Both the position numbers and the translations under genes were made by a program. A stretch of DNA of 64,000 nt from Squalus acanthias (taxonomy: Eukaryota), in the NCBI GenBank assembly GCA_030390025.1, contig CM059431.1:134542001-134606000 (forward strand), in the 5' to 3' direction. Of the stretch, positions 61,965 through 64,000 are shown piece by piece (within the stretch, counting starts at the first letter, position 1; each line of letters starts with the position of its first letter). The notes under the pieces were generated by a model. The model was given only the letters and a program-made list of their open reading frames with translations, ran no database searches and was not told the DNA's origin.

Positions 61965-62240
61965 GAATATAAATGGAAGACCAATTCAGTCACTGTAATA
62001 AAGCTTGTTATTATAAAAACCACTCGTGCGTGAAACATAAGCAGAGTTATTTTCGCCGGACTAACAACACTTTGTTGCGACGGTAACCACTAAGAATTCC
62101 GCTAATATTGGTGTCTCCTGAGTGGGCTCGAGTTAAAGGTTTGGCGATGACAGGTGTTAATAAATTGACTGGTTTCCGATGGGAGAAGGGATAAGCTGAA
62201 GCAGGAAGGGGAAGGAGGGGGCCTATTGGTTACGACCGAG
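61965..62240 (+). mobile_element. LTR 3' end + tRNA-Asn-like PBS fragment
   Basis: AATAAA 61997; TGGTGTCTCCTGAGTGGGCTCGA at 62109-62131 resembles TGGCGTCCCTGGGTGGGCTCGA. Confidence 0.55.
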
Positions 62241-62249
62241 TTATCGAAA

Positions 62250-62480
62250 GGTTGTTTCCCCTGGCTGGAGTGTCTAGAACTAGGGGGCATAGTCTCAGGG
62301 TAAGGGGTAGGCCATTTAAGACTGAGATGAAGAGGAATTTCTTCACCGAGGGTTGTGAATCTTTGGAATTCTCTGCCCCAGAGGGCTGTGCATGCTGAGT
62401 GTTTGAGTATATTCAAGACTGAGAGAGATAAAATTTTGGACTCTAGGGGAATCAAGGGATATGGAGATCGGGCGGGGCAA
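62250..62480 (+). mobile_element. CR1 3' ORF2 fragment
   Basis: FPLAGVSRTRGHSL...VNLWNSLPQRAV. Confidence 0.85.
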
Positions 62481-62990
62481 AAGGAGATGGTAATGGGACA
62501 AGTTAAGAAACAAAAGATGGCTCTAGATGAAGTGTAAATAGCGATGGCAGAATGAAAGACAGCTGCCATGTGAGAGAGAGGAGAAAAAAAAGATAGGGGC
62601 TTCATTGGAACAGTGTAAGAGGCCGAGGATGGTGAGGTCTGAGAGGGAGTGGAGCGGAGAATTAAAGTGACAGGCGACCGGGAGCTCGGGGTCACCCTTG
62701 CGGACTGAAGGCAGGTGTTCCACAAAGCGGTCACCCAATCTGCGTTTGGTCTCCCCAAAGTAGAGGAGACCGCATCGTGAGCACTGTTCCAATGAAGCTC
62801 AACGTAAGCTTGAGAAACAGCACCTCATCTTTCGATTAGGCACTTTACAGTCTTCTGAACTCAACATCGAATTCAACAATTTCAGACCATAACCTCTGCC
62901 CCTATCTTTTTTTTCCATTTTTTTTCTGTTTCTCTCTCCATAATGCTGCCTGACCTGCTGAGTATTTCCAGCATTTTCTGTTTTTATTTC
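62480..62990. mobile_element. Penelope-like remnant (second family) with internal inversion
   Basis: Minus strand CSRCGLLYFGETKRRLGDRFVEH...PVACHFN...HCSNEA; plus strand HCSNEAQRKLEKQHLIFRLGTLQ...LNIEFNNFRP*. Confidence 0.85.
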
Positions 62991-63582
62991 AATATTTCGA
63001 AGTTGCATGAAAGTGTGAATATGTTCAGTATGTTCATTTAAATTTAAGATTGTGCACCTAGAAGTCAGGAAAACTTTGTGATTTACATTAAGTTAAAGAC
63101 ACTGGTGTGGATTTATTTTGACGGGGGCAGCTTGTGCAATAGTACATCAGAGGCCATTTGTTTAAAAAAAAGACAAGATTTAGCCTTGGAGTTGCGGTTG
63201 TTATGGTGTCTGGTACTTAATTTGAACTTTCCAAAGCACTTTGATTTGGTTTGTGAAAATTAATTCAGTATTTTTACAGTCACTTGGAAAGGCTGAACGA
63301 TGGCAACAATGACGTAATTTACTGGATTTTTGTAAGCACGTACTAATTTGATTACTTTCTCTGTTATGTCATCTGAATTAAATTGGAACTATTGAGGTTA
63401 ATGAACCTATTAAATTGTGAAAACCCGACTTTCAGTGAAATTCTGGTTGTTATAAATTGTTAGCAGGTCTCTAATTCTCGACTTGAGACTATCACATAGA
63501 ATTGCCAGTTTTAAATTTCTTAAATATTTTATGATTTGAAGTCGAAATTGCTATCTCTATGGCAACAATATGGAGACACCTT

Positions 63583-63916
63583 GGCCTAGAAATTGGACAA
63601 GGCTTGAAAACGGGTGCGGGGATTGCGGTGCGTGACTAACCCGCATCCGTTCCTTCCGATGCAGGCAGCACGCAAACTTCGTCTCCTTAAGAGGTGTCAG
63701 CTGCAGGGTTGAGGTCGAAAATGGCAGCGCTGGCGTCCAATCAGCACTGAACGCTGAATGTCGTTACGATCCTTGTACTCTGCATACTTTCAGTGCTGCT
63801 CCAGCGCCACCGACCTCACCAAAATGGCATTCGGCGCAGCCCGCATCAGAAGTGTGGGCACAAAACGGCACCCATAGCACTGAAAAACCCGGCGCTACGG
63901 AGCCGAATTTCACGGC
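63583..63916. mobile_element. Harbinger-like non-autonomous element
   Basis: Starts ggcctagaaattggacaaggc (as at 37548 and 42033); ends gaatttcacggc. Confidence 0.6.
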
Positions 63917-64000
63917 ACTTGAAATTGGACTGTACTAACTAACCGAAGTTCATTCCTAAGGAAGTTTTGAAGGTAGAAAGACATTGGGGGGAAAAAAGTA

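Overview
Vertebrate genomic DNA. The repeat repertoire (CR1 with esterase ORF1, L2, DeuSINE/SacSINE1-like SINEs, Harbinger-type MITEs, Penelope) suggests a cartilaginous fish; this is inference. The whole window lies inside one minus-strand gene, UDP-glucose:glycoprotein glucosyltransferase, most likely UGGT2. Six internal GT-AG exons (756 nt, 252 codons) splice in frame, and four of them are absent from the ORF track. The introns are packed with nested transposable elements. The most notable is a very young, intact Penelope-like retroelement (RT + GIY-YIG ORF) with 582-bp near-identical pseudo-LTRs and a ~12-bp target-site duplication. Each pseudo-LTR carries a minimal hammerhead-ribozyme motif on the same strand as the host pre-mRNA. 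Other notable items: a third hammerhead motif in a short non-coding element, a perfect 92-bp inverted templated insertion, LTR remnants with tRNA-Lys and tRNA-Asn primer-binding sites, a ~1.5-kb solo LTR inside a three-level nest, Harbinger elements with spliced Myb/SANT genes, and a CR1 with 95-bp tandem 5' monomers. All family names come from motif recognition by eye, not database searches.
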